The notes under the pieces are model-generated. The model searched no databases, was not told where the DNA came from, and saw only the letters and a list, made by a program, of their open reading frames with translations. Of a stretch of DNA of 64,000 nucleotides, positions 12,998-25,434 are shown in pieces; positions within the stretch are counted from its first letter, which is position 1; the number at the start of each line of letters is the position of its first letter. Both the position numbers and the translations under genes were made by a program. The stretch is from Coniocarpon cinnabarinum. Its lineage: Eukaryota. The DNA is taken from positions 62,001-126,000 of the forward strand of contig JAVECO010000030.1 in NCBI GenBank assembly GCA_051942205.1, in the 5' to 3' direction.

Positions 12998-14276
12998 GTG
13001 CAGTTGTTCCGCCATGTCAGTCCTTCCGAATTCCAAATCCAAGGCGGACAGACTCCTTTTCCTCCAAATTCCGGGCAGACCTCGTTTTCCTCTGCTCCAG
13101 CATCTGCATTCACACCCTTCGTGCCAATACCACTATCTGCCGACCTACGACCATCCTCCGCGAAGCGCTCAGTACCTGGTCTGCCTCTCAGACCCCCCGT
13201 GCCTGGTCTTTCTCTCAAACGCCCAATACCTGGTCCCCGTCCAAAGCCTCAAAGCCAAAAGTTCCCGCCAAATCCGGACCCCTTGATCCTCGCACTATGA
13301 GCCGATTCGAGGCCGAAGTTTCATTCACACATTCTCTGCCGAGCAACCTCCTCGGAGTTTACCGCGACATATGGACCCGAGAATGGCTGGGAAAAGCCGA
13401 TGTTGCAGATCATGATTCAGGACGCAAGATGGACAAAGCGGCGAATGCAGCATTCTGGCATCACAAGAAAGAACTGAACAAGAAATATCGTCAGCAATTC
13501 GGCCAAAGAATTACTCCGCATTCAGTGACGGGCAAAGACTTGTGGGGACCTCCGAGGAACCGAATAAGAGGCTGTGTGTGCCAGAGAGCCCCATATCTTC
13601 CTATACGCTATTGGCACCGTCAAGTGACGTCGGTGTTGGATTTAATCAGAGCGAAGTACAGATCACTGAGCCTTAAAGTCCATCTCATCACAGCTCAGCC
13701 ACGTCTGCATTAAAGCTCAACACTGCAAGACCCGACCCAGCGGTCAACATTCATCCACTTAAAATGAGCTTCGAAGACCTCTTGGTTGCACTATTATTGA
13801 ACGCCGTTAAGCGGCCACATGCTCACTCGGACTTTGCCCATTACATGCTACTTGGATCCGGTGCTTTCGAGCAGGTTCAAATGGCATTAGGTTACTACAC
13901 TCCTTGGGCTCATGCGATTGTGGAACACGTGGAGAAGTTGCACGCTTTCCGCTCCAAGCACGACATCTACATGGCCGTGCACAGTCAACGAACGTCGACG
14001 TCCCGAGCACAGCTCGATCTCCCAGCCGTGTTTACCATTTCTCCAAAGCGGATGCTGGATGGTTTCGTCATCGACGTCACGCTGTCAGCCTCCCTTTCGA
14101 AATTGAATTCTCGAGATAAAGCGAAGTTGCACGTTTTCAGCACGGGGGCATTCACCGGCATGCAATTGACAGATAGTCAGGGTTTAGCCGTTCTACGTGC
14201 TCGAATTGCGGCGAGCGAGATCAAAGATGGAGCTTTGAAACTTCTCCTGCGGTTGCGTTGTCAGGGAAAACGCTAG
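12998..14276 (+). pseudogene. Probable frameshifted hypothetical gene with Pro-rich N-terminus
   Basis: Three consecutive + ORFs (12998-13300, 13297-13713, 13764-14276) in different frames with no convincing introns at the junctions. Confidence 0.35.
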
Positions 14277-15716
14277 ACCCTGGTGGAAGCGTGTATCAAC
14301 AGCCGTGTCGTTGTCTACCGCTCTCTGCGACAAGACCCTTCAGATATCGACCTAGGCCCCGTTTTCACTCATCTCTGTGCATCCTCCGATCCATTCGTGG
14401 ATGTCACTCGATAGAAGGAGTCTTTCACTGCATGCACATTGCAGTGTGGCACGGACCATAGCGTGTACCTTACCATCAGTGGCACCGCTGTCGAAGCCAC
14501 CGGGCTCGACTCTGCCTCCGCTCGACGGGTCCTTGTTGAGCTTTGTACTGCGGCTGTGCATGAGATAGAATCGACCTTCGTAAGTACGTAGCGCATCAAA
14601 CAGATAATTCTGAAAGAATCCTTGTGTAGTCAGATCGTGCAAGTAGGTGCTCTTCCAGGTGTTCGTTTAAAAAGTCATTCCAAAGGCAAAACTTTTGAGG
14701 AAGTCTCGATGATCGAATCGAAAAGTGTAGTATTTGCGCTGTAGCGGACGCCCCAGATTTCTACGTCACATCTTGGTTTCCCCGACTTCGCACGTGGGAA
14801 ATATCGTAGATTACTCTGTCCCGAGCTTAATCTGTGGGTCCACTGGTCTCTAATCCCCGTGAACACGTCATTCTATCCCGCACGTCGTCAGATTGTCACA
14901 AAGGCATGCTCATCAATCCGTCTGATATCGAATTGAGTTCTAACAACAAAAGCGTTGAAAATAGGGTCTAGTAGAACAGTACTTTCCATACTTCGACTTA
15001 GTCTCTTAAAACGGAAAAGGGCTCTCGTCGCTGTACTTGTGTCTTTCAATCTTGAATTGTTGGTTATTGTAGGGACTCGGCTATTCGGCTAGACGAGCTA
15101 GAATGACGGTGTCCTGACTCTTGCCGTCTTGACTGTTGTCGTCACTTCACTCCAATTAGTTTGAATTTGATAGTCTTACAAGGGTTCGTATTGAGAAGTC
15201 GGCGTATTTGCTACAGTGACTGTGTCACGCTCATACCTTCAAGTCTCGAGACTTCGTGGAGAACTTGATTTCTCGGTGAAACAACAGGAACAGTCCTGCT
15301 CGAGTGATTTGATTGCGAAGTGTACGATGGAATGACTTGTGCGATACACCCTCAGACCAAAATACAACATGGGCAATCAATCAAATCGGTTATATCGGTC
15401 TCGAACGCCGATCATCAAACAGCCTTCCAGACCTTGCATAGAGCTCATACATCGTCATGTCATTACTCCGAGTCGTCATGGCCTCCCGTTAATTCGCCCA
15501 GTATCGAAACTGAGTTTTGTCGTCGTAAAACCGTCCAACGCCACCATGGCTGTCAACTGTCAGCCCGCGCTCTCATGCTTGCCTTGTGTTTCTGCCGGAC
15601 TCCTCACAGTATACTTGTGTATTGCCCAGCTTCTCGTTTCTCCAATTTCGCGCCGCGCTCTCCCATCAAGCCAGACGTGCCCCCTGCTCGAATAAGAGGA
15701 GCGAGATGTCTAGAAC

Positions 15717-16517
15717 TCACCTCGCAAGACTCACCCCCACCAACCCCCAAAAGCCAGGTCCCTTCACATCAAATCGCTCCTTCCACTTTCGATCCCTTCG
15801 CTGCTTTACTGTCTCGCCTGGTGGTGCATTTGGTGATCGTTCACGTTTGCCGCAGGCACAGCGTCCGTCGGATCCGACGAAACAGCGGCGACGGCCTTGA
15901 CGCTCGGCGACTTGTGCCTCAGCGGAGGATTCGGGGACAGATGTGTCTGAATTTGGGAGCGGAAGGAATGAGCGGTTGGATGATGTGTTGGATTGGGTCT
16001 GAGATGTGTGGGTGAAAGTGAAGGGTACTGAGGTTGATGGAGTGGTTTGGGAGCGGCGGGGAAAAAATCCGTATGATGTGCGATGGCGGCGACGAGGTTG
16101 GGACTGTGAGGATTCGAGTAAGGTGTCGGAGCGGTGGAGGGAGTAGGGCGGAGCTTCGTAGCCTGGAGGATTTGAGGCATCCACCCCATCCATACCATTC
16201 ACGGCGCGTGTATGGTCATAAGCGGGGACCGCTTCTTCCTCCTCCTCATCACTCGTACGCTCCAGCTCTTCAATGCGTAATCTCTCCTTCTCTTCCTCAG
16301 CTGTCAAGTGACGCGCAGGATCCGCATGCAGATTCGAGGCTGAAAACGAAGGAGGAGGCACAGATGGAATCAAGTCTTGAGCGAGCCCATCTGGAGACGC
16401 AGGTCCATATTGATGCGACGAAAGTTGATCAATGGCAGCAGCCTTGCGCTTGCCAGCGCGCTTTTCGCGGATCTTGTCGATGGCAGCGATGGAACCCGCG
16501 ATCAGGAGGGCTGCCAT
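15717..16517 (-). CDS. Hypothetical fungal protein (MAALLIAGSIAAIDKIREKRAGKRK..., PPxY motifs)
   Basis: ATG at 16517; hydrophobic N-terminus followed by a basic stretch, an acidic patch and PPGY/PPY motifs. The 3' end is uncertain. Confidence 0.55.
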   Translation of the reverse strand: MAALLIAGSIAAIDKIREKRAGKRKAAAIDQLSSHQYGPASPDGLAQDLIPSVPPPSFSASNLHADPARHLTAEEEKERLRIEELERTSDEEEEEAVPAYDHTRAVNGMDGVDASNPPGYEAPPYSLHRSDTLLESSQSQPRRRHRTSYGFFPRRSQTTPSTSVPFTFTHTSQTQSNTSSNRSFLPLPNSDTSVPESSAEAQVAERQGRRRCFVGSDGRCACGKRERSPNAPPGETVKQRRDRKWKERFDVKGPGFWGLVGVSLAR

Positions 16518-16731
16518 TGCCGTTAAATTGGCCCTGTAGAATCCAAGGGTGGACGGGATGGGAGGGTTGGGCAAGACGAGGCGAGGCGAAGCGAGGGAGT
16601 GTAGTGGCGAAAGTTGAGATGGGAAGAAGAGCTGTTCGAGATCGTCGGGCTTGATACGATCGGATCAAAGGTGGGGAAGATGCGTGGCATCGGAGATATC
16701 GGACCCGATGCTGAGTCATGTGCGTGTACGA

Positions 16732-16880
16732 CGGCGGGGGCCAAAGACAGATATCGTGGCCATGCAACAACAGTGGAACACAGCCTTGCAGCACGTTCGG
16801 GAGGCAATGAATCGCCCTTATTTGCTGCGCCTGGCAGTCAGACTCGACATTCAATTCACTCTATCGAGGTACCGACCAAA
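16732..16880 (+). repeat. Degenerate copy E of the ~170-bp element
   Basis: CGGCGGGGGCCAAAGACAGATATCGTGGCC...CAGCC...GCAATGAAT...GACATTCAATT is colinear with the consensus blocks. Confidence 0.5.
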
Positions 16881-16917
16881 ACCTTTTGTCACAGAAAGGA
16901 AAATCTACATGTCAGTG

Positions 16918-18432
16918 TCAGGAAGGTCTACGCACATGGACTCCCATCCTCTTGTATTGGTGTTCTCGTGAGAACGAGCGCCGATGACTCAATCGCCGTA
17001 TCTTCGATTCTGGCTGCATAGGATCATCCAGGTCGTCTGCCCCGCTTGACTTCCGCTGAGGCGGTCTGTTAACATCTCTCGAGGGAGCATTGGGATCGAA
17101 CTCGCCTGAGGAGGCCTGCGACAAACGCCGAACTACTTCTTGCTGCCGCCGGACTGCTTCTGCCAGGTTTCTGAATTGCGCGATCGGGTCTTTTCGACGG
17201 CGGAAGCCGCTCCAGTCAACTCGACGAATATTCAATGACGACACTTTATCGCACATAACCACTACTTGTCTGCTCAGCTCGTCTACCTCCTCTTCACTGA
17301 AGTCCGTCCGCTCCATCACAAAGTCAAGCGTCAGCCGCGCAGTGTCTCGGCCGACTTGCTTCTGGGGTGAGGCATCCTTCCCCTTGTCTTTACGCACAGG
17401 GCTCAGAAAAATATGTGTAGAGTCAGCTTCATAACGATTCCACGTCAAGGGGATAAAGTCGTGAGGTCGAAGCTTCCATAGTCTTTGAACAAGATAGTTC
17501 GTGCTGAACCGGGCGTTTCCCGTCGTTGTAAGCTCCTTCAGAACAGTAATGAGAGCTCGGGTAAAACTCTTTGCGCCCGGCTTGGGTGTTATCTTGTCAA
17601 TGCCACTTGCTGAGATGTGCTCGAAAATGCCGTCGCCCATGGCTAGGTATGGGATCGTCTTCGTCAAATTTGCCGCCAGACAGGTGTCGAAAATCGTCAA
17701 CACGTCTGCGGCCGCACCCAGTAGTAACGTCTCAATTGCATTCCAGTCAGCTTGGGCATCGTAAGCAAGCTTGCTGTTCGGGTGGTCTTTTTTGGATGGT
17801 GCAAGGTAGAACTGCCCCTTTCCCTCATGGTAGCCGCCGTGACCGGTGTAGTAAATTATGATGAGATTTTTCTGGTTTCGAGTATCGTACTCCGTTGCAA
17901 GCGACCAGACCTTATGCATCAGCTCGTTATGGGGCTTGGGCCGCGTGCCAAGCTCCAACATGGTCGTCTCGTAATTGAAACGCTCTTTGAAAACCTTCTC
18001 AAGCTCCTCACATTCATCCTTGGAGTCAAGATCATCGAGCTCATCACACCAACGCACCAGCAAAACTCCGACTCGATCGTACTCATCGGTTGTGCCGATA
18101 TGCTTGTGAATTGAATGCTTCTGAAATGACTCTTCCCAGTGCATTCTCAGGCGAGACTGTCGTTCGTCATCGACAACCACAGAGCTACTCATGGAGTCCT
18201 CTTGTCGGCTGGAACTTCTCGAAATGGATGGAAAGGCCTCCACAGGACTGTGCGTGTCGGGACTTGCAAACAAGGTAGTTGACGCCGTTGTGCTGGGGTC
18301 TTGGCCCGGGACCGTAAGAGTCATTGCGGGTCGTGGCCTGCTTTGATGGCTCTCGTGAGCGTCCACAGGGAGGGTGATTGGGACTTCAGCTGGAGAATGG
18401 TCCACTTCTTGACTGCGGACGGCTCCGCTCAT
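16918..18432 (-). CDS. Caspase-like (peptidase C14-fold) domain protein
   Basis: YDRVGVLLVRW..DDLD...ELEKVFKERFNYET, LIIIYYTGHG (His-Gly), DVLTIFDTC (Cys) and SFTRALI motifs of the fungal caspase-like family; likely ATG at 18432. Confidence 0.75.
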   Translation of the reverse strand: MSGAVRSQEVDHSPAEVPITLPVDAHESHQSRPRPAMTLTVPGQDPSTTASTTLFASPDTHSPVEAFPSISRSSSRQEDSMSSSVVVDDERQSRLRMHWEESFQKHSIHKHIGTTDEYDRVGVLLVRWCDELDDLDSKDECEELEKVFKERFNYETTMLELGTRPKPHNELMHKVWSLATEYDTRNQKNLIIIYYTGHGGYHEGKGQFYLAPSKKDHPNSKLAYDAQADWNAIETLLLGAAADVLTIFDTCLAANLTKTIPYLAMGDGIFEHISASGIDKITPKPGAKSFTRALITVLKELTTTGNARFSTNYLVQRLWKLRPHDFIPLTWNRYEADSTHIFLSPVRKDKGKDASPQKQVGRDTARLTLDFVMERTDFSEEEVDELSRQVVVMCDKVSSLNIRRVDWSGFRRRKDPIAQFRNLAEAVRRQQEVVRRLSQASSGEFDPNAPSRDVNRPPQRKSSGADDLDDPMQPESKIRRLSHRRSFSREHQYKRMGVHVRRPS

Positions 18433-19451
18433 GATCCGGTTGTGTGCCAGCGCTGGGCTACGTATAAATCGAGAAAGGATAGGTGATATGGAGGTGGATG
18501 TCTGCTTTAGGACGCGGACAGACCTCAAAAGCCGGTTGAGAACAACAAAGGAGAGTGAGAAGAGATGCAAGGACTTTAAGGATGAGCTAATACGGAACCA
18601 CGGACTGCTGGCAGGCCCGGAACAGACTCCCAGCAAACCTGTTGGTGCAACGAACCGAAGCGACCGCCCGGCGAACCGTGGAGTGGAGGCTCAGCCATGT
18701 GCGTGACATAAGGAAATGATGCGCTCCACTGCGCGTAAGCCAAAACAAAAAATCTTGTGTCCTACCTGCACCTGAAACGAGTACATTGAAGATGACCGTC
18801 ACCTTTGCGCAAAATAGTCTGGTACGAGCAGCACGGGCAGTGTGATTGTGGCCGTCAATAGTGGATACTTCGACCAGGAGGTAGGAACGTGGAAAAAATT
18901 GGCGACTCGTTCCGTGGGTAAGCAAAGGATTGAGGGCCAAGGAGGTACAATGCGAACACGGGCCAACAGTCTCGGTCAAGGTGGAGCGGACGGGAGAGGC
19001 TGGTGATGGGTTCTGTCCAGGTACATAGAGGGCAGTGCACACACAGACGGGATGTGTGGGATTTGTGGGAGTCTTGCGGCTCCAGCGCGTGACTGGCGGT
19101 GGGCGGGAGGAGGCCGTCGAGTGCAGGACCTACTGTAAGGCTATAATGAACGGGAGGAAGGTTACCTGTGAGCCTCCCGTTGGTGGAGTGTGATGGATTC
19201 TAGGAAGGTCTGGACGCAATGCAACGGCGGTGAGCCCCGTCCGTGGTCAATTTAAAGAAGTTGAGGTCGTGACGTCGTGAGAGAGGAGGGCGACATGCAG
19301 CGCATATGCATAACAGCAAGTGGTGCAACGCGAAGGGACCGTCAGGCCTGCATAGCCAGCTGGCCTGGTGCGCATGGAGGTGGAGTGGCGAGTTGCCTGC
19401 CAAGAGCAGCCGGCAGCCATTTTGAAGAGTGGAAGTGGTCGATGCCTTCTT

Positions 19452-19628
19452 GCGCAATGACCACGGACGCATTCGAAGTCGTTGCCGCCTCTCATTCCGG
19501 GCGCCGAGCCTGCGCCATGAGAGCAACGCGAGTCATGAAGCTATGAGTACAACGGCGAAAGCCCTTTGCAACTCCCTAGACGCTGAATTATTGTGTGGCA
19601 AGCACTTTCCCGCGAGGCTTTTGCCGCA
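19452..19628 (+). repeat. ~170-bp dispersed element, copy F
   Basis: AAGTCGTTGCCGCCTCTCATTCCGGGCGCCGAGCCTG...GTCATGAAGCTATGAGTACAACGGCGAAAGCCCTTTGCAACTCCCTAGACGCTGAATTATTGTGTGGCAAGCAC...TTTGCCGCA. Confidence 0.9.
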
Positions 19629-20044
19629 ACCACCAGACGGCACGCCGACGCCGACGCTCTCCCAGTCTCGCATATGAGTTGCCTTGCACATGTGGCCGCC
19701 GGAAAGAGCATAACGCAGATGCCTTTTCCAATTGTTTTCGCTGTATGCGAAACGGGCAACGCCGCGGGCAGGGGCCGGATTGCCTATCCTTTGCCTACTC
19801 GTCGTCACCAGCTTGCCTGAGCGAAGGCCCCAACCCAGGCTCTTAGGCTGCTAGGCCGCCAGGCTGGAAGACATGCTGAGTCACCGAAGCCCTCCATGTT
19901 GTCCTGCCTATTCTCCATTGTCGCTCGCCAGCCAAGCACGCACATATAAATCCCCACGTCCCACGGCATCGCCAGGGGCCTGTAGTAAACCACCATCGTC
20001 TCTATACCAGACTTGTCGACTGAGAAGCGTTCTTGCAATCAACA

Positions 20045-20495
20045 ATGAGTGAAAGCCTATCCACGAAGGCTGGCGAAGTGGCCGGTGACGAGCAACCTTG
20101 GAGCGAGTTCGACATTGACAAGGTTGGTGGCAAGTCCTACGTAGTTCATGATATGGCTCAGATGGACGTACGTCGCTCCCGATTTCCGATACTGCGCGGG
20201 TCAATGGCTGACAGGCACAAAGGCCCCGCCCGATTACGAAGTGGGCAGCTCCGTCTCAATGATCGTGGTGCAAGATGGTTTGAAAAAGTTAGATAAATTC
20301 AAAGTCCACAAGACGTGGCGGGACCCCAAAACCAACAAGTGTAAGAAGTGGCAGCAAAGAGCCGTGGTCTTTGTGGACGACTGTGCTGACTGCTACTTCC
20401 CCACAGGGTCCTTCCAGCTCTCGCAGGATGGCAACTTGTACCACGATCAGAAGAAGAATACGTGGTTCAAGTTCAAAGACCTGCGAGCCGCATGA
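20045..20495 (+). CDS. Small (~100 aa) hypothetical beta-rich (SH3/Tudor-like?) protein; introns ~20130-20214 (GC-AG) and 20341-20406
   Basis: Spliced product MSESLSTK..PPDYEVGSSVSM..FKVHKTWRDPKTNKWSFQLSQDG..WFKFKDL; branch GCTGAC plus AG at both introns. Confidence 0.55.
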
Positions 20496-20917
20496 GAGCT
20501 CTGGTGGTTCTCTTTACATGGCCTTTGCCGCAAAGGAGAGAGTCGCATCGAAGGATGGAGACATTGCTTTTGGCCGTGAGAACATTGGACAACCACGGCG
20601 CCTGTCATTATAGACAAGTCCATCGTGGCTAACAATTTGTCGGTGAATGGAAACCTTTTTCCCCCTCAAATATCGTTGCTTGAGCAAGATGTGCTCAAGA
20701 ACGGTGGTGACTGCTATCGACGTTCTCCAAGTACGCCTCCTCGCTGCAGTGCGACCAGCGCTAGCGCTAAGCTGCAGCTGAGGCTCTGCGCCTCGCAACC
20801 CGTGGTCGGCGCTGTAGGCATCGTCCTCTCCAGATCTTTGGTTGAGTCAAACCAAGTTTGCGCTTCCCTTTGTGTTTTTCTGCTACATCGACTTGTGTAA
20901 AGGCTCTCAGAAAAATC

Positions 20918-22377
20918 ATGGCTGCATCTGCCAGCTCGAAAGCCATTTCTGAGATCCCTGTCTCGCCTCAATTGACTACGTTGTCAGGCAACACGCTTCA
21001 TGATGACGGTTTTGACGCCGAAGCCCAAGAAAAAGAAAAAGACATCTTCCAAGCTCAAGCACGGCGTAAGCTGACGTTTGATTGAGATTCTGAGCTCATG
21101 TCGCTAAACCGAGGTCTCAGAACCATTCATCGTCCGCCTGTGGCATCGTCTCAGACAGCAGCGCTCTGCTGACGACACGCTTTCGGAGCAAGACTCGGAT
21201 GATGGTCCCGAGCAATACATTCGAACCAGTAAGCGCGGTTCGATTAAGCATTTGTTGTCCCATTTACTGACGCAGGTGCTCCGTCTCAGTCGAGGATCAA
21301 CCTGATGGGTATCCCCGGCTGGCATGTTGTGAGTTACGCCAAGTCGCGGCTGGTTGTGGTAACACTCTCATTGATAGTTTTTCTCAGTCTTGTCAAGCGA
21401 CCAGAATTTTGGCATCTACCGTGGCTTTTCCTATCTGCACTCCCGGCTGTTACTTAATATCCAAGACGAAGTCAGAGCATTCGAAAAGAAGCTGGACGAT
21501 CTTGATGAAATAGATGGATACAATGCGCGAGGCGTTCGCAGCAGGCTCAATTCTCGAGTGAAAGATGTCGGAATCGCGTCCCAGGAGGGTCCCGATTCAC
21601 GACAAGCACTACTTGGCCGTATCAAGACCAAACTCTTGGAATACGGTAGTTTTTCTGGATCATCTGACAGCGACTAGGACTGATGCTTATATAGATGAGC
21701 TGCTACTAAGGACCAAAGAGGTAGCCGCGCTCCAACAGCCATCCAATCGAGATTATCAGAGTGTCAAGCGCTGGATTAACTCCAAGAACCCGCTTGCGCC
21801 AACAGAACAAGAGTTCATCGAACGCCGGGAGGACGCAATCACGCTCAGGCATGGTAGAGAATGTGCTGGCTTCGATGGTCTGGTCGAGAGCTGCTTGCGA
21901 AGACTACCACGAGGTATCACAGATGTATGGAGGCTGGAGTGGCCGCGCTTCTTTAGACAAGGCTAACGTGATCTCCAGAGACTGTTCCTGACACCGGAGC
22001 TACGATGCAAAACGACGGACCAGAAAGTCTGTTACTTTGCTGCATCACGCGTTGACATACTCGTAAACCTGATCATCACTGCGGTCATTTTCGTTCTTTT
22101 AGTGATTCCAGTGGTCGCTATGTACAAATTGACAAGCTATGGGGATCAAGAAAGTCACGTGGCACAATTTCAGGCCATCGGGGTGCTCATGGTGAGCTAG
22201 AGATTCCAGTCATGAATATGGATAGCACTGACGGGAACGCAACAGGTGTTCACGCTGATTTTCGGCGCCGCAATGTCGTTGCTGACGACCGCAAGGCGGC
22301 ACGAGCTATTTGCGGCTTCCGCGGCATACTGTGCGGTTCTTGTGGTCTTCATCGGAAACTTCGGCAACCTTTCTTGA
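20918..22377 (+). CDS. DUF6594 membrane protein (multi-exon)
   Basis: IEDQPDGYPRLACFLSSDQNFGIYRGFSYLHSRLLLNIQDE..EKKLDDLD and the C-terminal ELFAASAAYCAVLVVFIG signature; about 3 TM helices. Confidence 0.85.
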
Positions 22378-22574
22378 AGAGACGGCGGTGAGGAGAATAA
22401 CAAATTCATTGTTATTTTTCTTTCTTACCGTGGTATGAAGCCCAAATGGCCTCAAAAATAGAACATACGATTCAATGACTAGAGCAATAGCAGAACTAGT
22501 ATTTTGCTCGAAAGTTGGCTCAAGAATGGAGAGTGCCAACGATGTCTTGGAAGTACATGAAAATAATGTAATAT

Positions 22575-22660
22575 TTACGCTATGGCATTTGCGCCACAAT
22601 TCCTGATACTATACCTTGAGCCAGCATAAAGTCACGTGCCATGTAGCTTCATGACTCAAG
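22575..22660 (-). repeat. Partial degenerate copy G of the ~170-bp element
   Basis: Reverse complement GTCATGAAGCTAC...GAATTGTGGCGCAAATGC; GTCATGAAGCTA is identical to copy F. Confidence 0.45.
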
Positions 22661-23266
22661 GACTGAGACACTCATCCGAGAGTCTCTACGATGATCAGCC
22701 TCGGCAGGAGAAGAGCCGAGAATGATCGGCGCTGCATCTTCATCTCCCTCTGATGATTCTCCACCGGAGAACATCGTTGACACTCGTTTGCGCTTGATTG
22801 CGCCGCCAGCGCACAAGCTCTGAGCCAGGGCTCCAGAGAGCTGTAGACACATCACAAACCTTTGTGCGTCTGTGCATGCCCGCGAACCCGCTACAAATTT
22901 TGCCAATGATCTCGAAGGACTAAGCAGTGTGCAATGAATACCTGACAGCAAGTTGGAGTATCGTGCACACGCTGGGTTTATAAGCATACTTACGGTCACT
23001 ACCCTGATTTTGCATTCATAAGCTTTTTTTTTTCCTTAGTGTCGCGCCGATTCGGAACGAGCTATCCTCGCTTATCGTGGATGAAACCCACCCATTGGAA
23101 CACGCGTACTGCAAAGTCAGTTTTGGAAGGCTAGTCGAAGATCTGTCAATCATCTTGCACATTCCCTTGGGTATTGTATGGCATGTATAGTTCTGTGCTG
23201 GGCTCATCGTTTGTATTGTGCCCCAGCCATATGCCTTGATACTTTTTACATATTTTTGGAAGGAGT

Positions 23267-25374
23267 ATGGCCGGAGCTCACCGTACTCACGAGGACCCAG
23301 AAGAATTCGACCATAATTCGTCATCGAGTTCTACTTGTGAGTAAAGCAACCGAATTAAACTCTCAAACACGCTCAGCGTAACATTAACGACGCTTTATCA
23401 AACCTTGCTATCCATGTCGCTTCTACGCTGAACACGTCCACATTCCGCACCTAATGTAAAGCTGATCAGCTCTAGCTCCTGAGCTTGGTCTGAATGAAAC
23501 TGTCTTCCAAGACATCAAAGCCGAGAATGAGAGAATTGATCAGCCAGATGAAGCTCGTCGCACACTTTCCCGAACTACGACGTCGTCATCTGCTGGCCGC
23601 AACTTGATTGCTTTCGAGACTGACGATCCAGGCCAGCCGTATAACTGGAGCCAGACGAAGAAAGTAGCCATCGTTGTTGTTGGGGCTGTCTCCGTCATCA
23701 ACAGCACCATCGCAAGCTCCATACCCAGTGGTGATCTAGGGCCTATCAGTCGACGGTTCGGTGTCTCCGGAGACGAGCAGCAAGTCCTCCCAAATAGTAT
23801 ATTCTTACTGGGATATGTATGTCATTGATTCCTAAAAGTATCCTCACTCCTCTTCTTAACACATGAACAATCATAGGTCTTTGGTCCGCTGCTGTTCTCG
23901 CCACTGTCCGAGTCTTACGGCCGCCAAATAATATTCGCAGGAACCTTTGTCCTGTATTATATTTTCACCATAGCCACACCATTCTCGCCAAATTGGGCTG
24001 CGTTCTTAGTCATTCGTCTCATTGCCGGAACCTTTGCTTGCTCGCCTATCTCAGTAATTGGCGGAATATACGCAGACCTCTATAATGACCCGGTAAGCTA
24101 CTCTATCTCCTTCACTTAGCGACCCTTTGTTTGACAATCCGTCATAGGTATCGCGCGGGCGCGCTATGGCCTTGTTTATGACCGCAACGACGTGGGGTCC
24201 CGTGGGAGGTCCTGTCATCAGTGGCTACCTTAGCACGTACTCATGGAGATGGCCATTTTGGTTCATGGTCATATTTGGTGGCGCCAGTCTCATACCGGTC
24301 TGTCTCATTCCGGAGACCTATGGGCCTGTGGTTCTTCAGCGACGAGCAAGATATATCCGCAAGCACGAACCTGGGGCTATAGTGTGGGCCCCCATCGATT
24401 TTGAGAAGTCTACATGGCATGACCTATTTGTCACTTTTTTGGGTCGACCCTTCCGAATGATCGCGACAGAACCACTGGTGTTTTGTACATGTGCTTTCAT
24501 GGCTTTTATCTACGGTAATACAGCTTTTACGGGTGCCGCCCATGTCACTGACGGGAGTGCAGGCATCTTTTACGTATTGTTGATCGCTTATCCTCAGATC
24601 TTCCCCCCAGTCTATGGGTTCAGCCTTGGTCAAGAGGGCTTAGCTTTTGTCCCTATCGGGATCGGTGCATTATTTGCCTGCGCTATTTACCTCTGGTGGG
24701 ATCATTATCTCAGGATGTCCAAGGCGAAAGGAAAGCCGTGGGCGCAGAGTGAGGAGTTTCGCCGGTTACCCTTGGCTTGTGAGTCTGAACGTCAAATATG
24801 ACAGCTGACCACCGACTGACTCATGATCGTCAGGTCTTGGTGGGCCATTTCTTGCCGCAGCATGTGAGTGTTGCGCTCAGTATCAATCACACTAGCAACG
24901 TGTCGCTGATACTGTACATTGGAAGGCTTCTGGGTAGGATGGGCAGCCCAGCCTCAGATACACTGGATCGTTCCGGTCCTTGCAGGCATCCCATTCGGCA
25001 TTGGTTATCTCTTACTCTTTATGTCACTTCTCAACTACATCGTCGACGCATACGAGATTTTTGCCGCCAGTGCCCTTGCTGGCGCTGCATGTACGAGATC
25101 TCTATTTGGAGTCGTTCTACCGTTTGCAACGACACCAATGTATACGAAGTTGGGCATACAGTGGGCATGCAGCTTGTTAGGCTTCATTGGCTTTGGATTC
25201 TGCATTATCCCCTTTTTGTTTCTCAAGTACGGTGACCGGATACGGTCGAAGAGCAAGTTCTGTCAGGAGCTTGCCGAGAAAAGGAGGGTACAGCAAGAGA
25301 AAGACGAGAAAAGGCGGCTTCGACAGCAGCGACGAAGAGTTCGCGAATCTCAAGATGCGGAAAAGTTAGTGTGA
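23267..25374 (+). CDS. MFS drug:H+ antiporter (DHA1-type), multi-exon
   Basis: DDPGQPYNWS..KK, FGPLLFSPLSESYGR, WRWPFW, PETY, and YIVDAY..AASALA..RS motifs; first exon from ATG 23267 splices in frame. Confidence 0.9.
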
Positions 25375-25434
25375 TCATAGCGCCAGTCAGGGCATCATTG
25401 GACATTCAAGACCGACGAGTTCAGATGCGTGAGG

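Noticed and set aside
15320..16654. Plus-strand ORFs of 231 and 206 aa
   Set aside because: Largely antisense shadows of the minus-strand gene, without motifs.
19540..19565. Hammerhead-ribozyme-like core in the element (CTATGAG..GGCGAAA; CAGACGAG..GGCGAAA in copy A)
   Set aside because: No copy has the required CUGANGA, and stems I/III with a UH cleavage site are not evident.
19429..19677. Element as a repeated small peptide gene (..AMSTTAKALCNSLDAELLCGKHF..)
   Set aside because: Other copies have stops in this frame and share no start codon; the similarity is explained at the nucleotide level.
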